Positions 7,353 to 17,443 of a DNA stretch of 63,732 bases are shown here, piece after piece (position 1 is the first letter of the stretch; each line of letters begins with the position of its first letter). The DNA lies in IMG/VR virus record IMGVR_UViG_3300031454_000243, positions 1 through 63,732 of that record; one strand, written 5' to 3'. The stretch is from a virus (Duplodnaviria; Caudoviricetes). The notes below the pieces were generated by a model. The model was given only the letters and a program-made list of their open reading frames with translations. It had not been told where the DNA came from and made no database searches. Position numbers and translations under genes: made by a program.

Positions 7353-9986
7353 TCATGCTGCCTCCACTCCACGGGTTCCGGCCTCGTCGGACAAGATTCG
7401 GTAGCCGTCGCTGAACTGGAAGACCAAAGAGGTTTTCATCCCGACGGTGGCGGTGCCGGTATTTGAGATGTTCGTAAATTCGTCGCGGTTATTGACGACG
7501 CTGGAGAGCTGCGGCCACTTGCCGGTCGCGGTGCCCCGCGCCGCCCAGACCGACGAAATTGATCCGTCCGTCGTGTACGTGACCGTGCGAGTCGGGTTGT
7601 CGCCGCCGTCCCCGACCAGCGTCACGGTGCCGAACCGGCCGGCTAACTGATTCACAGTCACGCCCGGCGGGATGACGAGCACGGGCGGCTGCGTCGGTGG
7701 CGGGATCGCGGGATTGGGCAGCGCCGGGGTCGTGGCGGTCCCACCGGAGCCCTGGGAGGCCTTCAGAAGATTGCGGACATCTTCCAGTAGCTGCGTCGTG
7801 TAGCCCTTGACCGTGGGGCCGGGGCAGTCCTTGCCGCCGTTGAACTCCGAGTGCCAGTAGAGGAAGGTCAGGCCGGTGCGGGGACTGATCGGCCACCGGT
7901 CCCACGGGATCAGGCTCTGGTCGGCCCAGTAGGCGATCAGCCGGGCCAGCTGATCCTTGGCCGTGGCGCTGACCGGGTCGCCGTAGGAGCCGGCGATCTC
8001 GATGCTGATGCCGTCCCGGTTGATCGTGCTGACCCCGTACTTCGCGACCAGTGCCAGCCCGTCGCCCGGCGGCGCGGTCCACGGTCCCGAGGCCCACGGC
8101 GACATGGTGCCCAGCGGGTTGGTCCAGCGCAGCGTCTCGCCGTTCAGGTGGTCCATGCCGTAGTCGGTCCGGGCGCTGTTGCGGGCCTCGTTGCGGAAGT
8201 AGGAGTCGGTGCCCCAGAGCGTGCCCTGCATCCGGTGCAGCACGACGAACATGGCCTTGCGCGGCCCGAGATCGTCCCAGGCGGTGTTGAGCGATCCGGA
8301 GATGTCCCGGACGCTGATCGTCGGCAGTGGCACCTTCCCGTAGACCAGCCCGGTTGGAGCCGGAGCCGGTGCCTTGACCGAGGGGAAGATCTTCAGCCAC
8401 ATCTCATCGGTGATCCCGTACGTCTGCCCGGGCGCGTTCGGCTTGGGGACCTTGGCGTTCATCAGGTCGATGAGGTAGGTCCACTCGTCACGGCGGGTGA
8501 CGTTCTCGGGGTACTGAGGGCGGTGCAGACCCGTCGCCGTAGCCCCGTCATGGACGGCGGGAACGTCCAGTCCGTACCCCACGCGGACGGCGGCATCGCG
8601 CAGTCGTTGCTCGACCGCGTGCAACCACTCGTGGGTGAGTGTCGCGCCCTGTTCGCCCTGGTACCCGGCGGCGAATTGGAAGGAGGTTGATCCGTTGTAG
8701 TTGTTGTTGTGGTTGAAGACGATGCCGTTCTTGGGGATATACGTCATGAACCCGAGGAAGCTGGGCGGGCGGTCGGGTCCATCGGGCACCAGGACGACGC
8801 GGGCGCCCTTGTCTGCCAGCCCCACGCGGGTGAACTCGGCGTTGATGGCAACGAGGTCCGCCCATCCCGCGGTCTTGTCGGCCTTCATCTGGGCGGTAAA
8901 TGTCGACGGTTCGACAATGGTCGCGTCGATCTGGATGCCCGTCGCGGCCTTGACACGGGTCGTCACGAAGGCGACGTGCTGGATGGCAGCCGCGCGCTCT
9001 GCCGACGGGATCGCCGTCATGCCCGAACCCAGGTCGACCGACAACGGGACGACGATGCCGAGTGTCGTCCGGGCGGTCACGTCGGATGTGACGATGGTTG
9101 CCGGCGGGTTGCGGTTGATGATCTGGCAGACGATGTCGATGTAGCGCTGGGTGTCGTTCTCGAAACTGGGTGCGTAGACGTGCATCAGGTCCGAGATCGT
9201 GACGGCGTTGCGGTACGGCCCGGTGGTGCTGAGGAGCCGGGTCCTCCAGTCGGCCACGCACGCCGCGAACGTTGGATACTGGAACCACGTGTGGGCGTTG
9301 TTCACGTAGCCGGACGCAAGGCTCAGGAAGTTGTGGCTGTTGGCGTACTGCCCCGCCTGCGCCACCGAGTAGTACGTCGAATGCTGCTGTTCGTGCTTGG
9401 AGATCGCCAGCATCAGGCGGCCGAGGTCCCCGGCGGCCGCCATCAGGTCCGCGGCGTGGGGGATCAGGAGCGACGCGGCGACCGTGCGGAACTCGGCCTG
9501 CGCCGATGCGACCGTCGTACTCCCGGAGCCGCGCCACGGGGTGCTGCCCGTGACGGTCGCGGGACCGACCGCGACGGTCGGGGCGGCGCTATCGGTGTAG
9601 GGGGCGATCCGGCGGGCACCGAGGTAGCGGGGCAGGAAGTAGGGCGAGAACGGGTCGGAGACGACCACGCCGGTCGATTCGTTCAGGGCGTTGACCATTC
9701 GGCCCGGTCCGACGTAGATACCGACGTGCGAGCAGTCGGTGTAGCCGTTGTCGTCGGTGTCGTAGCAGAGGATGTCGCCCGGCCGCAGGTTGGCCCGCGC
9801 CACCGAGGTCCCGGTGGTCCACTGATCCTGCGACCCCGGCGAGATCGTGATCCCGCCCGCGACGCGCCAGCACCACGAGGTGAGTCCTGAGCAGTCGAAT
9901 GAGCTCGGTCCTTTTGCGCCGTAAACATACGGCTTGCCAATGTGAGTCAAGGCTTCTGTGGCAACGAGATCGCCAGTGTTTGCCAT
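7353..9986 (-). CDS. Multidomain cell-wall hydrolase: NlpC/P60 + GH73-like + HExxH metallopeptidase + amidase
   Basis: YVYGAKGPSSFDCSG...HVGIY; AISKHE...NF...YAPSFEND; THEWLH; VVLHR...SIEIAG...WHSEF...DCPG. Confidence 0.85.
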   Translation of the reverse strand: MANTGDLVATEALTHIGKPYVYGAKGPSSFDCSGLTSWCWRVAGGITISPGSQDQWTTGTSVARANLRPGDILCYDTDDNGYTDCSHVGIYVGPGRMVNALNESTGVVVSDPFSPYFLPRYLGARRIAPYTDSAAPTVAVGPATVTGSTPWRGSGSTTVASAQAEFRTVAASLLIPHAADLMAAAGDLGRLMLAISKHEQQHSTYYSVAQAGQYANSHNFLSLASGYVNNAHTWFQYPTFAACVADWRTRLLSTTGPYRNAVTISDLMHVYAPSFENDTQRYIDIVCQIINRNPPATIVTSDVTARTTLGIVVPLSVDLGSGMTAIPSAERAAAIQHVAFVTTRVKAATGIQIDATIVEPSTFTAQMKADKTAGWADLVAINAEFTRVGLADKGARVVLVPDGPDRPPSFLGFMTYIPKNGIVFNHNNNYNGSTSFQFAAGYQGEQGATLTHEWLHAVEQRLRDAAVRVGYGLDVPAVHDGATATGLHRPQYPENVTRRDEWTYLIDLMNAKVPKPNAPGQTYGITDEMWLKIFPSVKAPAPAPTGLVYGKVPLPTISVRDISGSLNTAWDDLGPRKAMFVVLHRMQGTLWGTDSYFRNEARNSARTDYGMDHLNGETLRWTNPLGTMSPWASGPWTAPPGDGLALVAKYGVSTINRDGISIEIAGSYGDPVSATAKDQLARLIAYWADQSLIPWDRWPISPRTGLTFLYWHSEFNGGKDCPGPTVKGYTTQLLEDVRNLLKASQGSGGTATTPALPNPAIPPPTQPPVLVIPPGVTVNQLAGRFGTVTLVGDGGDNPTRTVTYTTDGSISSVWAARGTATGKWPQLSSVVNNRDEFTNISNTGTATVGMKTSLVFQFSDGYRILSDEAGTRGVEAA

Positions 9987-10408
9987 CAGTCGGCTCCCGT
10001 CCCCGCCGCGAGCATGGGCGTCTCTGTCGTGAGCCCGTCGCCCGCGTCCAGCAGCCGCAGCGCGACCCGCCCCTGGAGCTTGACGATCCGCGAGGTCGCC
10101 TCGGCTACGTCTACGCTGAACCGGCGGTGCTGGGCGACGGTGGGTGATGCAATCGCCTTGAACGTGGCGATGGTCGCGTCCAGCCCGGCGACCTCGGCCC
10201 GGAGCGTGACGAACAGGTCGCGGGCCGTGCGGCGCTGCTTCACGTCGGACGCGGGGTCCGGCACCCAGTACGGGTAGTGGGTCAGCGGGTCGGCCCGGTC
10301 GAACCAGGCCCAGTGCCCCCGGTCTCCGTCCATCGGCGAGCCCGGCACGTCGTTGAGGATCGTGCCGAGGGGATAGAGGCCGCTGCCGTTGTCGATCGGT
10401 ACGGACAT
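9986..10408 (-). CDS. Hypothetical protein (tail-fibre associated position)
   Basis: GGAG RBS; follows the tail fibre gene. Confidence 0.6.
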   Translation of the reverse strand: MSVPIDNGSGLYPLGTILNDVPGSPMDGDRGHWAWFDRADPLTHYPYWVPDPASDVKQRRTARDLFVTLRAEVAGLDATIATFKAIASPTVAQHRRFSVDVAEATSRIVKLQGRVALRLLDAGDGLTTETPMLAAGTGAD

Positions 10409-10419
10409 GGTCGTTCTCC

Positions 10420-13400
10420 TTAGGCGGCGATCAGGAACAGGAAGGGGATCGAGGCGAGGGTATAGGTCCGCACGGGCGACGAGGGGAGGGCGCCATAGGC
10501 CTGGCCGCGCCCGTACCCGGCCTGTTTATTCAACGTTCCGGCCACCTCGGCGGCGGACGACCCGATACCGGAGAAGGTCGCGCCGTTATTGATCACCGAT
10601 TGGAGTGTCTGGCTCACATCGGTGATCCAGCACAGCCAGTACTTGCCCGGCGCGTTGGTCCAGTTCAACCCCAGCCCGATGATCACGACTCCGGCGGACG
10701 CGGTGGTCGTGCCCACGACCTCCCGGATCGGTGCGCCCGTAGCCATGCCCGTCACGGGGTCGGAGGCGTAGATGCCGAAGCGGATGTTGCCCACCGCCGA
10801 GGTCGTGATCCGCAGCGCCATCGACGCCCACGTCTGCGCCCGGTCGATGTTGACCGGGTAGAGATACAGGTTGCCGCCGCCAAACGCCTGCGTGCCGGGG
10901 GTGCCGCCGAGCTGGTGGATTGGGCCGAAGTATTCGCCTGTGGCGACCGCCGGCGTGAATCCCGTGGTCGGGTGGATGTGGGTCGTATCGCTCTTGAGGT
11001 TGAGCGCCGTCTGCTGAGCCGTGGAGATCGGCTTGTTCGCGTCCGCTGTGTTGTCCACGCTACCGAGACCGACATCGCCCTTGACATGGGTGTGAGCGGT
11101 CGGCTGTCGGGCGTCGCTCAGGCGGGAGTCATTGGTCGTCACGACCGGGACGGAGCTGCCCGACGGCCCCACTGTGGGGGTCGTCGCGAACCGGGGCGCC
11201 GTCCCGCTCGTCGGCAGCAAGACCGTCGCCACCCCGGCCGCGTCGTAGAGCGTCAGCGACCCATTGCCGAGAGTGGCCCGCAGGGTGCCAGTAGCGGTAT
11301 CGTAGGAGCCGAAGGCGCCTGCGGGGTTTAGTTCCCACCGCCTGAGCCCCGCGCTGTCGAACCCGTCCACAAGCGCGTTGCGGTAATGCGTCGCCGCCGT
11401 GACATCGCCACCGTTCCACGTCGTGCTCGTCCCGCCGGTCGGCGCCGTCTTCCACGTCCCATCGCCATACAGGGTGGTCGTGGCCGAGGCGGTGCCAGTG
11501 CCGAGCCGGGCGGGGGCGATAGTGCCAGAGACGATGTCTGCCGCCGCGTGAGTGTGGTCGGACCGGGATACGGTGGTCGCGCTGCCGGTCCCGCCGAATC
11601 CGACCGTTACCTGGATGACGTCCGGGCTGGGCTCGGTCACGACCAGCGGCGCCTTGAAGTCCAGTGTGGCGGGATTGGCGGACACGAGGCCCAGCCCCTC
11701 CCCGTAGACGTCGATGCTCTGGTTGTAGTCGCCGGTTGCCGTGCCACCCGTCGCGCCGTATCTTCCCCAGCCATTGTCCTGCTGCACGAACCGGTTGTAG
11801 ATCGGCACGGTGTCCGGATGAATAGTGGGTGGGACCGACCGGAACTTGATCGTCCTGTCCTGGATGAAGTCCGTGACGTGATCCCACCACGCCAGGTATC
11901 CGTCGAACCAGTTGATCCTCGACTGCGTCGGAGACGACCCGGGATTGGGCATGGAGCCCGGCCCGGTTTCCGGCACGCTCGGAAGTCTGCCGTCGACGAC
12001 AACTTGGGCGGCGGGCACGCCATCCTGCTGAAGGCGCCACTCGATCTGGTGGTTGTGCTCGTGGACGACCACGTCGGCCAGAACGTTGTTCCCGGCGTAG
12101 AAATCGTAGGTGCTGTCCCCCACGATGATCGTGGCCAGGCCGGGACCCGTCCGCCAGCCACGGGTCAGGCCATCGGCGGGGCAGTCGTAAATCGACTTGC
12201 CCTGATAGATGATCTGGGCGTCGTAGTCGTCGCCGTAGTAGGAGTTGAGCAGGATGTGCGAGGTCCCCTGATCGAAATACCCACCTGTTCCGAACGCCGT
12301 CGGGGGCGTTGCCCCGGCGGCGATGTCGGCGTCGAGGTCCCAGACGGCCGTGCGGAACACCGCCCGGACCCGCACGTCCATGACGTGACCTGCCGTCATC
12401 TCCATCAGGGCGGCGAACTGCTCGGTGGTCTTGACGGAGAAATCCCACTCCTTCGCGGTCATGGTCTTCGTGACGCCTTGGTACTTGACGGTCCTGGGGA
12501 CGACGATTAAGACGTGCCACTCCATCCGGTTGCCAATGATCGACGTGCCGCCAGCGCCCGTCCCGATGGCGTTGATGACGTACTCCACGCCGCCGTCGTG
12601 CGTTCCCGGCGTGACGGAGATGCCCGTTCCCGACCGGATGTCGATGTTGTCCGGGTTGACCTTGACCAGCGCACCATTCAGGTAGGTCGTGATGACCCGC
12701 TGAAAGGTGTCGCCGCCGCCGATCGCGGCCGTGGCGCCCTGGAGCGATCCCCAGGAGTCGTCCAGATCGACGCGGGTGAACGGTACCAGCGAGGTCCGGG
12801 GGTCGATGTCCGGCACGCGGCCGTCGTCCACCAGTCCCGACAGATCGGCGGTGGCCCACCACTGCTGGAACCACGGCATCAGGCTGCGGACCGGATCGAC
12901 GCCGTAGCCCGCCGCCGCGTAGCTGTCCACAGACGTGGGCGTGACGCCGTGGTCGCGCAGCACTTCCTCGATCTGGCGCATGAAGGCATGGACCATCTGG
13001 TCACTGACGCGCCCGGCCGCCCGGTCCGCGTCGTACCAGGTGTCCTCGGGATTGAGGAAGCTGTAGGGGAAGTCCCGCCGGGTGATCTCGTTGGCGGTGC
13101 TGTCCATCTGGCTGGTGCCGAGGAACAGCATCCGGCTGTCGTACGTCCTCCCCGCGTAGGTGCCCCAGAGGCTCTGGGCGCCCTGATCGGTGATCCAGGA
13201 CCCGGACGTGCCGAACGCCGTCACCTCCGCCTTGCCGACCGCGATGGCCGCGTCCAGGTCCCAGGGGTCGGCCTGCTCGATCAGCCGCACCCGGCAGCCC
13301 ACGCGCCCCCCTGAGGCGAGCTGGAGCAGGCCGGGGAACTGCCTCACCATGCGCAGCGCCATCGCCCGCTGCTTGCTCGACATCAGCCGGGTGGTGCCCT

Positions 13401-13761
13401 GCCAGCGCAGCGAGGCCGGCACCACGGCCAGCAGGTCGAAGACGGGCGCGCCGGGCAGGGCACCGCTGCCCTCGACCGACGGGGCGCTGGTCCCGGCGCC
13501 ACGCTGGACCGGTCCCAGGACGAACCAGCCTCGACCGACCGGCTGGGCCATCACCTCGGTGTCGGGCGCGTAGGGGGCGCCGCCGTTGCGGGCGTAGCGC
13601 TGGTCGCCGGACTCCGCCGCCGTCTCGCCGCCGAAGCGGAGCCGCACCCGGCCCGCGACCTCGTCCACCACCCACGCCTGCACGGGCCGCAGATCGTCGC
13701 CGGTCCGGTCGGTGATCTGCTTGAGGTTCTGGAAGAAGTCGATCGCGTCCCTACTGACCAT
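10420..13761 (-). CDS. Tail fibre/spike protein with two peptidase-like domains
   Basis: HxH motifs (DHTH, AHTH, THIH), DVGLGSVDNTADANKPISTAQQ fibre motif, HEHNH; GGAGG RBS before MVSRDA at 13761. Confidence 0.75.
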   Translation of the reverse strand: MVSRDAIDFFQNLKQITDRTGDDLRPVQAWVVDEVAGRVRLRFGGETAAESGDQRYARNGGAPYAPDTEVMAQPVGRGWFVLGPVQRGAGTSAPSVEGSGALPGAPVFDLLAVVPASLRWQGTTRLMSSKQRAMALRMVRQFPGLLQLASGGRVGCRVRLIEQADPWDLDAAIAVGKAEVTAFGTSGSWITDQGAQSLWGTYAGRTYDSRMLFLGTSQMDSTANEITRRDFPYSFLNPEDTWYDADRAAGRVSDQMVHAFMRQIEEVLRDHGVTPTSVDSYAAAGYGVDPVRSLMPWFQQWWATADLSGLVDDGRVPDIDPRTSLVPFTRVDLDDSWGSLQGATAAIGGGDTFQRVITTYLNGALVKVNPDNIDIRSGTGISVTPGTHDGGVEYVINAIGTGAGGTSIIGNRMEWHVLIVVPRTVKYQGVTKTMTAKEWDFSVKTTEQFAALMEMTAGHVMDVRVRAVFRTAVWDLDADIAAGATPPTAFGTGGYFDQGTSHILLNSYYGDDYDAQIIYQGKSIYDCPADGLTRGWRTGPGLATIIVGDSTYDFYAGNNVLADVVVHEHNHQIEWRLQQDGVPAAQVVVDGRLPSVPETGPGSMPNPGSSPTQSRINWFDGYLAWWDHVTDFIQDRTIKFRSVPPTIHPDTVPIYNRFVQQDNGWGRYGATGGTATGDYNQSIDVYGEGLGLVSANPATLDFKAPLVVTEPSPDVIQVTVGFGGTGSATTVSRSDHTHAAADIVSGTIAPARLGTGTASATTTLYGDGTWKTAPTGGTSTTWNGGDVTAATHYRNALVDGFDSAGLRRWELNPAGAFGSYDTATGTLRATLGNGSLTLYDAAGVATVLLPTSGTAPRFATTPTVGPSGSSVPVVTTNDSRLSDARQPTAHTHVKGDVGLGSVDNTADANKPISTAQQTALNLKSDTTHIHPTTGFTPAVATGEYFGPIHQLGGTPGTQAFGGGNLYLYPVNIDRAQTWASMALRITTSAVGNIRFGIYASDPVTGMATGAPIREVVGTTTASAGVVIIGLGLNWTNAPGKYWLCWITDVSQTLQSVINNGATFSGIGSSAAEVAGTLNKQAGYGRGQAYGALPSSPVRTYTLASIPFLFLIAA

Positions 13762-13763
13762 GG

Positions 13764-14849
13764 CTAGACGCCCTCCGTGGTGGTCACTTCGTGCCGCATC
13801 AGACCGTCGGTGGGGGTGAAGGGCAGCTCCCACGTCCGGCAGCGCCACTTCCCGGCGGCGATGGCCGTCCCCGCCGCGTTGGAAATCTCAACCCCATAGA
13901 TTTCGTGCATCCCCCGGCGCGGGTCCGGCAGGGTGGTGAGCGTCAGGACGCGGTAGCGCCCGGCGGCCTCGCGCAACAGCCGGTCGGCCAGCGCGTTGGC
14001 GGCCGCCTGATCGACCAGCGTGCTGTCGCGGACGGTCCGGCTGACCAGCGTGCCGGTCGCCACGGTCGAGGTCGGCGACGCCGGGTTGGTGTTGGTCCGG
14101 ACCGCGACGATCGGGGCGGCATCGGATGAACCGAACGTGTCCTTGATGACCACGATCCGGTTGACGGCCGGGGCGCCCGGGGACTTCTCCACGATGGTGT
14201 CGGTCATCAGTTCGGTGCCGGGACCGCTCCGGTACGTCACCACGGCGGCGGCGTCCTCGGCGTCCTGGTAGGGGCGGCTGGTCAGGACGCCGGTGCTGTC
14301 GGGCCACAGCCGGTACCACCCGATGCTCGACAGCAGCCCGTTGATCATGTCGAGCGCGGGCGTGCCCGCCGGAAACGACCGGGGTTCGGTCAGCCGGTGG
14401 CGGCCGCTGACCAGTCGGTACCGGAACAGCCCGGCGTAGGCCAGGATGTTGATGACGGCCTCGATGACGTCGACGCCGGAGGCGACCGTAAAAGTCCGGT
14501 CGAACGCAAAAGCGTCGAGCGTCCAGGTCAGGTCACGGGCATCGATCGTGGCCTCGGTGCCCGACCAGCGGTGGCGCTGCTCCCCCGGCGGCAGCACGGC
14601 GTAGAGCCCCACCTGCGACTCCACGACCGACCCGTCGTCCCAGACGACCCGGAGCCGGGGCGCCAGGTAGTCGGTCTGCGGCCGGATCACGGACGGGTCC
14701 CGCAGCAGGGCGCTGAACGTCATGGGGATGCGCAGGTCCTCGTTCATCGAGACCGTGCCCCGGAGCAACTGGTCGCTGATGTCGCGGACCACGTCGTTGC
14801 GGATGTTCACGATGGCGAGCGTGGCGGTCATGCGCCCGATGGACCTCAT
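13764..14849 (-). CDS. Minor tail / baseplate hub protein
   Basis: D..W.L, INGLLSSIGW, NRIVV, N.NP.SPTS motifs of siphophage hub proteins; position. Confidence 0.8.
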   Translation of the reverse strand: MRSIGRMTATLAIVNIRNDVVRDISDQLLRGTVSMNEDLRIPMTFSALLRDPSVIRPQTDYLAPRLRVVWDDGSVVESQVGLYAVLPPGEQRHRWSGTEATIDARDLTWTLDAFAFDRTFTVASGVDVIEAVINILAYAGLFRYRLVSGRHRLTEPRSFPAGTPALDMINGLLSSIGWYRLWPDSTGVLTSRPYQDAEDAAAVVTYRSGPGTELMTDTIVEKSPGAPAVNRIVVIKDTFGSSDAAPIVAVRTNTNPASPTSTVATGTLVSRTVRDSTLVDQAAANALADRLLREAAGRYRVLTLTTLPDPRRGMHEIYGVEISNAAGTAIAAGKWRCRTWELPFTPTDGLMRHEVTTTEGV

Positions 14850-17338
14850 GACCGGAGCTCCTGGAAGGCGAACTGGGCGTCGATCGTGTTGCGGGACACG
14901 CGGGCCGACAGCCCCATGATTGTGCCGGTCAGCGCCAGGCCGAGATGGTTGCGATAGACCAGGGCCGCCACGCTCCCGTCGGCCCGCTCATCGGAGAGCG
15001 CCCGGATGGCCGCGAGTTCCCGTTCGGGATCGTCGATCAGCTGGTAGGTGGCACGGACGGTTCGGCTCTGGGCGCCACCGGCCAGCACGACGGGGGCGCC
15101 GCCCGACCACGGCGTCTGCATCTGGCGGTCGTCCACGAAGCCGCGTTCCGGCGACTGCACGTAGCGCAGCACCACCCGCCGGGACGGGTCCAGCGCGTCG
15201 GAGATGATGACCGCGTGGAAGCCGAGCTGGATGGGGCCGGCGTAGGCCGGGACCGATCCGACCGTGCTGATTCCAAGTAGCTGGTCCTGGGTGATGGTGT
15301 AGCTGTAGACGACCCCGTTGCGCGGGGAGGGGTCGATGTATTCGGTCTGGCTGATCGAGGTGATGCTGGCGATCAGCGTCTGGCCGGGATCGGTGGGATC
15401 GAACGGGGCGTTCCGGAAGAGGGCATACCCGCCGAACCCACTGGTCAGCGTGGACGGATTCCACGTCAGCCGGACGACCGACGGTTCCCGGTCGCCGGCG
15501 GCCAGCTCCGGGGAGGCCATGAAGCCGGTGATCGTCGGGGGCGGGGTGTACTGGAGCCGGAACGGGACGCGGGGCGAATCGCCCGTCAGACCCGCCGTGT
15601 TCGTGACCGTGACGACGAACTCGTAGTCCGCGTTGTTCGGCAGCGACGTGAGGCCGATGGAGCCCGACAGCACGGTAGTCGTGAGGACGGCGGTGGTCAG
15701 GATCGCGGTGCCACTGCCCGCCGGGTAGGTGCGGGTCTGGCGCGACTGCTGGTTGGCGACCGTGTAGGCGAACGACATGGTCGTTCCCGTGACGATCTGC
15801 CCGGACGTTGGCGTCGTGACCGCGATGACCGGCCCCTCGGCGTAGACGAAGGTCCGCTCGGCGCTGTAGGCCGTCGTCAGGACGCCGTCGGTGCCGATCG
15901 CATCCCAGCGGTACGTCGCGAAGGTGGCGATGTCGGTGGCGGTCGTCTGGTACTGCCAGGTGGTCCCGGAGACGAACGAGGCAGCCCGGGTGAACAGGAC
16001 CGCTCCGGCGCTGCTCTTGATCCGGACCGACGCGCTCAGCCCCGTCGTGGGCGTGTTGTCCGGGTCCGACAGCGTGAACGTGAGCAGTGGCCGCGTGCTG
16101 GAGACCGCGCCACTGTTTGGGGCCGTGAGCACCGGGGTGGTGGGGGGATAGTTGGTCGTGAAGGCCAGCTGCCCGCTGAACGGCGACCAGACGCCGCCGG
16201 TGTCGCGACCTCGCACCCGCAGCGTGTAGGCCGTACCCCAGTCGAGCTGGGCGGTGCCGGTGTTGGTCCAGTCGGTCAGTTGTTCCAGCACGTTGTAGGT
16301 GGTGCCGGGTGCCAGCGTGCCGGACAGGATCGTGCCGAAGTCCCGCACGACCGTGCCGTTCTGGAGAATCTGCGGGTTGTAGGCGTCCTGACTGAGTCCC
16401 GAGACGTGGGTCCAGGTGGTCGGGAACGTCGTCGGCGTGCGGCTGGTGCGGCGCCCACCGCCGGTCGGCGTGGTCAGCGAGCCGCCGGGGTTGATCGTGA
16501 AGGCGGTCCAGGCGGTGTACGGGGACCAGGCGTCGAACTGGTCGGAGACCTGCGCCTGCCACTCGTACGTCGTGCCCGGCATGAGGGACCCGGAGCCGCC
16601 ATAGCCCGTCGAGAAGGCCCGGGCCGTCTGTTCTGTGCCAGACGCCGAATACGTTCCCGACCAGTTGAGATTCGACGATCCGACGACGCGCATCAGGATG
16701 CGGTACTGCTTGAGCTTCTCGTTGGCCTTGTTGTCGCGCCCGTTGACCGTCTCGTTGGCGTCGCGAAAGGTGCCGGTGAAGGCCGGGGTCTGGTTGCTGA
16801 TCTGCCCGACCGGGTAGAGGGCACCCGGCACGGACGGGGCCACGTTGGGATCGTAGACGACGTATGAGTCGAGGAGCCCCTGCGCACTGGAGGCCGCGTA
16901 ACTCATCGGATTGAACGGACCGGTTGACGACACGTCCCGCATGTACATGAGCGCGCCGGACGCGGTCTGCCCGTGCCGGATGCCGCCCGTCGCCGCGAAG
17001 CCGACCGCGTAGGCACTGCCAGAGGTCAGCTTGACGATCGTGGTCAGATCGGCCGCGATGTCCGCGTAGGGCGTGGTGCTGTAGGTATAGGCGGTGCTCT
17101 GAGCAACCTGAGCGGTATTCGCCAGCAGCCCGGCTGGGTTGCCGTTGGCGGTGATCCAGAGGTGGCCCCGGACCTGGGCCGTCCCGCCGGCCTCCGTGCC
17201 CAGCCGGATGCCAAACTTGTGCGCCCATCCATGTTCGGGCATCGCGCCGTAGACGGATGCCCGGAGGTTCGTCGCGTTGGTATTCGTGGTGCCGGACGCG
17301 AGGGCAGCACCAGTGTTGAATCTCCCGTAGGTTGCCAT
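14846..17338 (-). CDS. Minor tail protein with FN3/Ig-like repeats (distal tail)
   Basis: G/T/S-rich; YEWQAQV, YTLRVRGRD..G.WS; first structural gene after the tape measure. Confidence 0.75.
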   Translation of the reverse strand: MATYGRFNTGAALASGTTNTNATNLRASVYGAMPEHGWAHKFGIRLGTEAGGTAQVRGHLWITANGNPAGLLANTAQVAQSTAYTYSTTPYADIAADLTTIVKLTSGSAYAVGFAATGGIRHGQTASGALMYMRDVSSTGPFNPMSYAASSAQGLLDSYVVYDPNVAPSVPGALYPVGQISNQTPAFTGTFRDANETVNGRDNKANEKLKQYRILMRVVGSSNLNWSGTYSASGTEQTARAFSTGYGGSGSLMPGTTYEWQAQVSDQFDAWSPYTAWTAFTINPGGSLTTPTGGGRRTSRTPTTFPTTWTHVSGLSQDAYNPQILQNGTVVRDFGTILSGTLAPGTTYNVLEQLTDWTNTGTAQLDWGTAYTLRVRGRDTGGVWSPFSGQLAFTTNYPPTTPVLTAPNSGAVSSTRPLLTFTLSDPDNTPTTGLSASVRIKSSAGAVLFTRAASFVSGTTWQYQTTATDIATFATYRWDAIGTDGVLTTAYSAERTFVYAEGPVIAVTTPTSGQIVTGTTMSFAYTVANQQSRQTRTYPAGSGTAILTTAVLTTTVLSGSIGLTSLPNNADYEFVVTVTNTAGLTGDSPRVPFRLQYTPPPTITGFMASPELAAGDREPSVVRLTWNPSTLTSGFGGYALFRNAPFDPTDPGQTLIASITSISQTEYIDPSPRNGVVYSYTITQDQLLGISTVGSVPAYAGPIQLGFHAVIISDALDPSRRVVLRYVQSPERGFVDDRQMQTPWSGGAPVVLAGGAQSRTVRATYQLIDDPERELAAIRALSDERADGSVAALVYRNHLGLALTGTIMGLSARVSRNTIDAQFAFQELRS

Positions 17339-17443
17339 CTAGACCCCCATTCCTACGGCGAAACGCGGTAGAATGGAGGCGCGCGAAGACCTCGCGGCTG
17401 CTGTCACAGCCCGAGGCATGGCACTCAGTCCTAGGGGGACATC

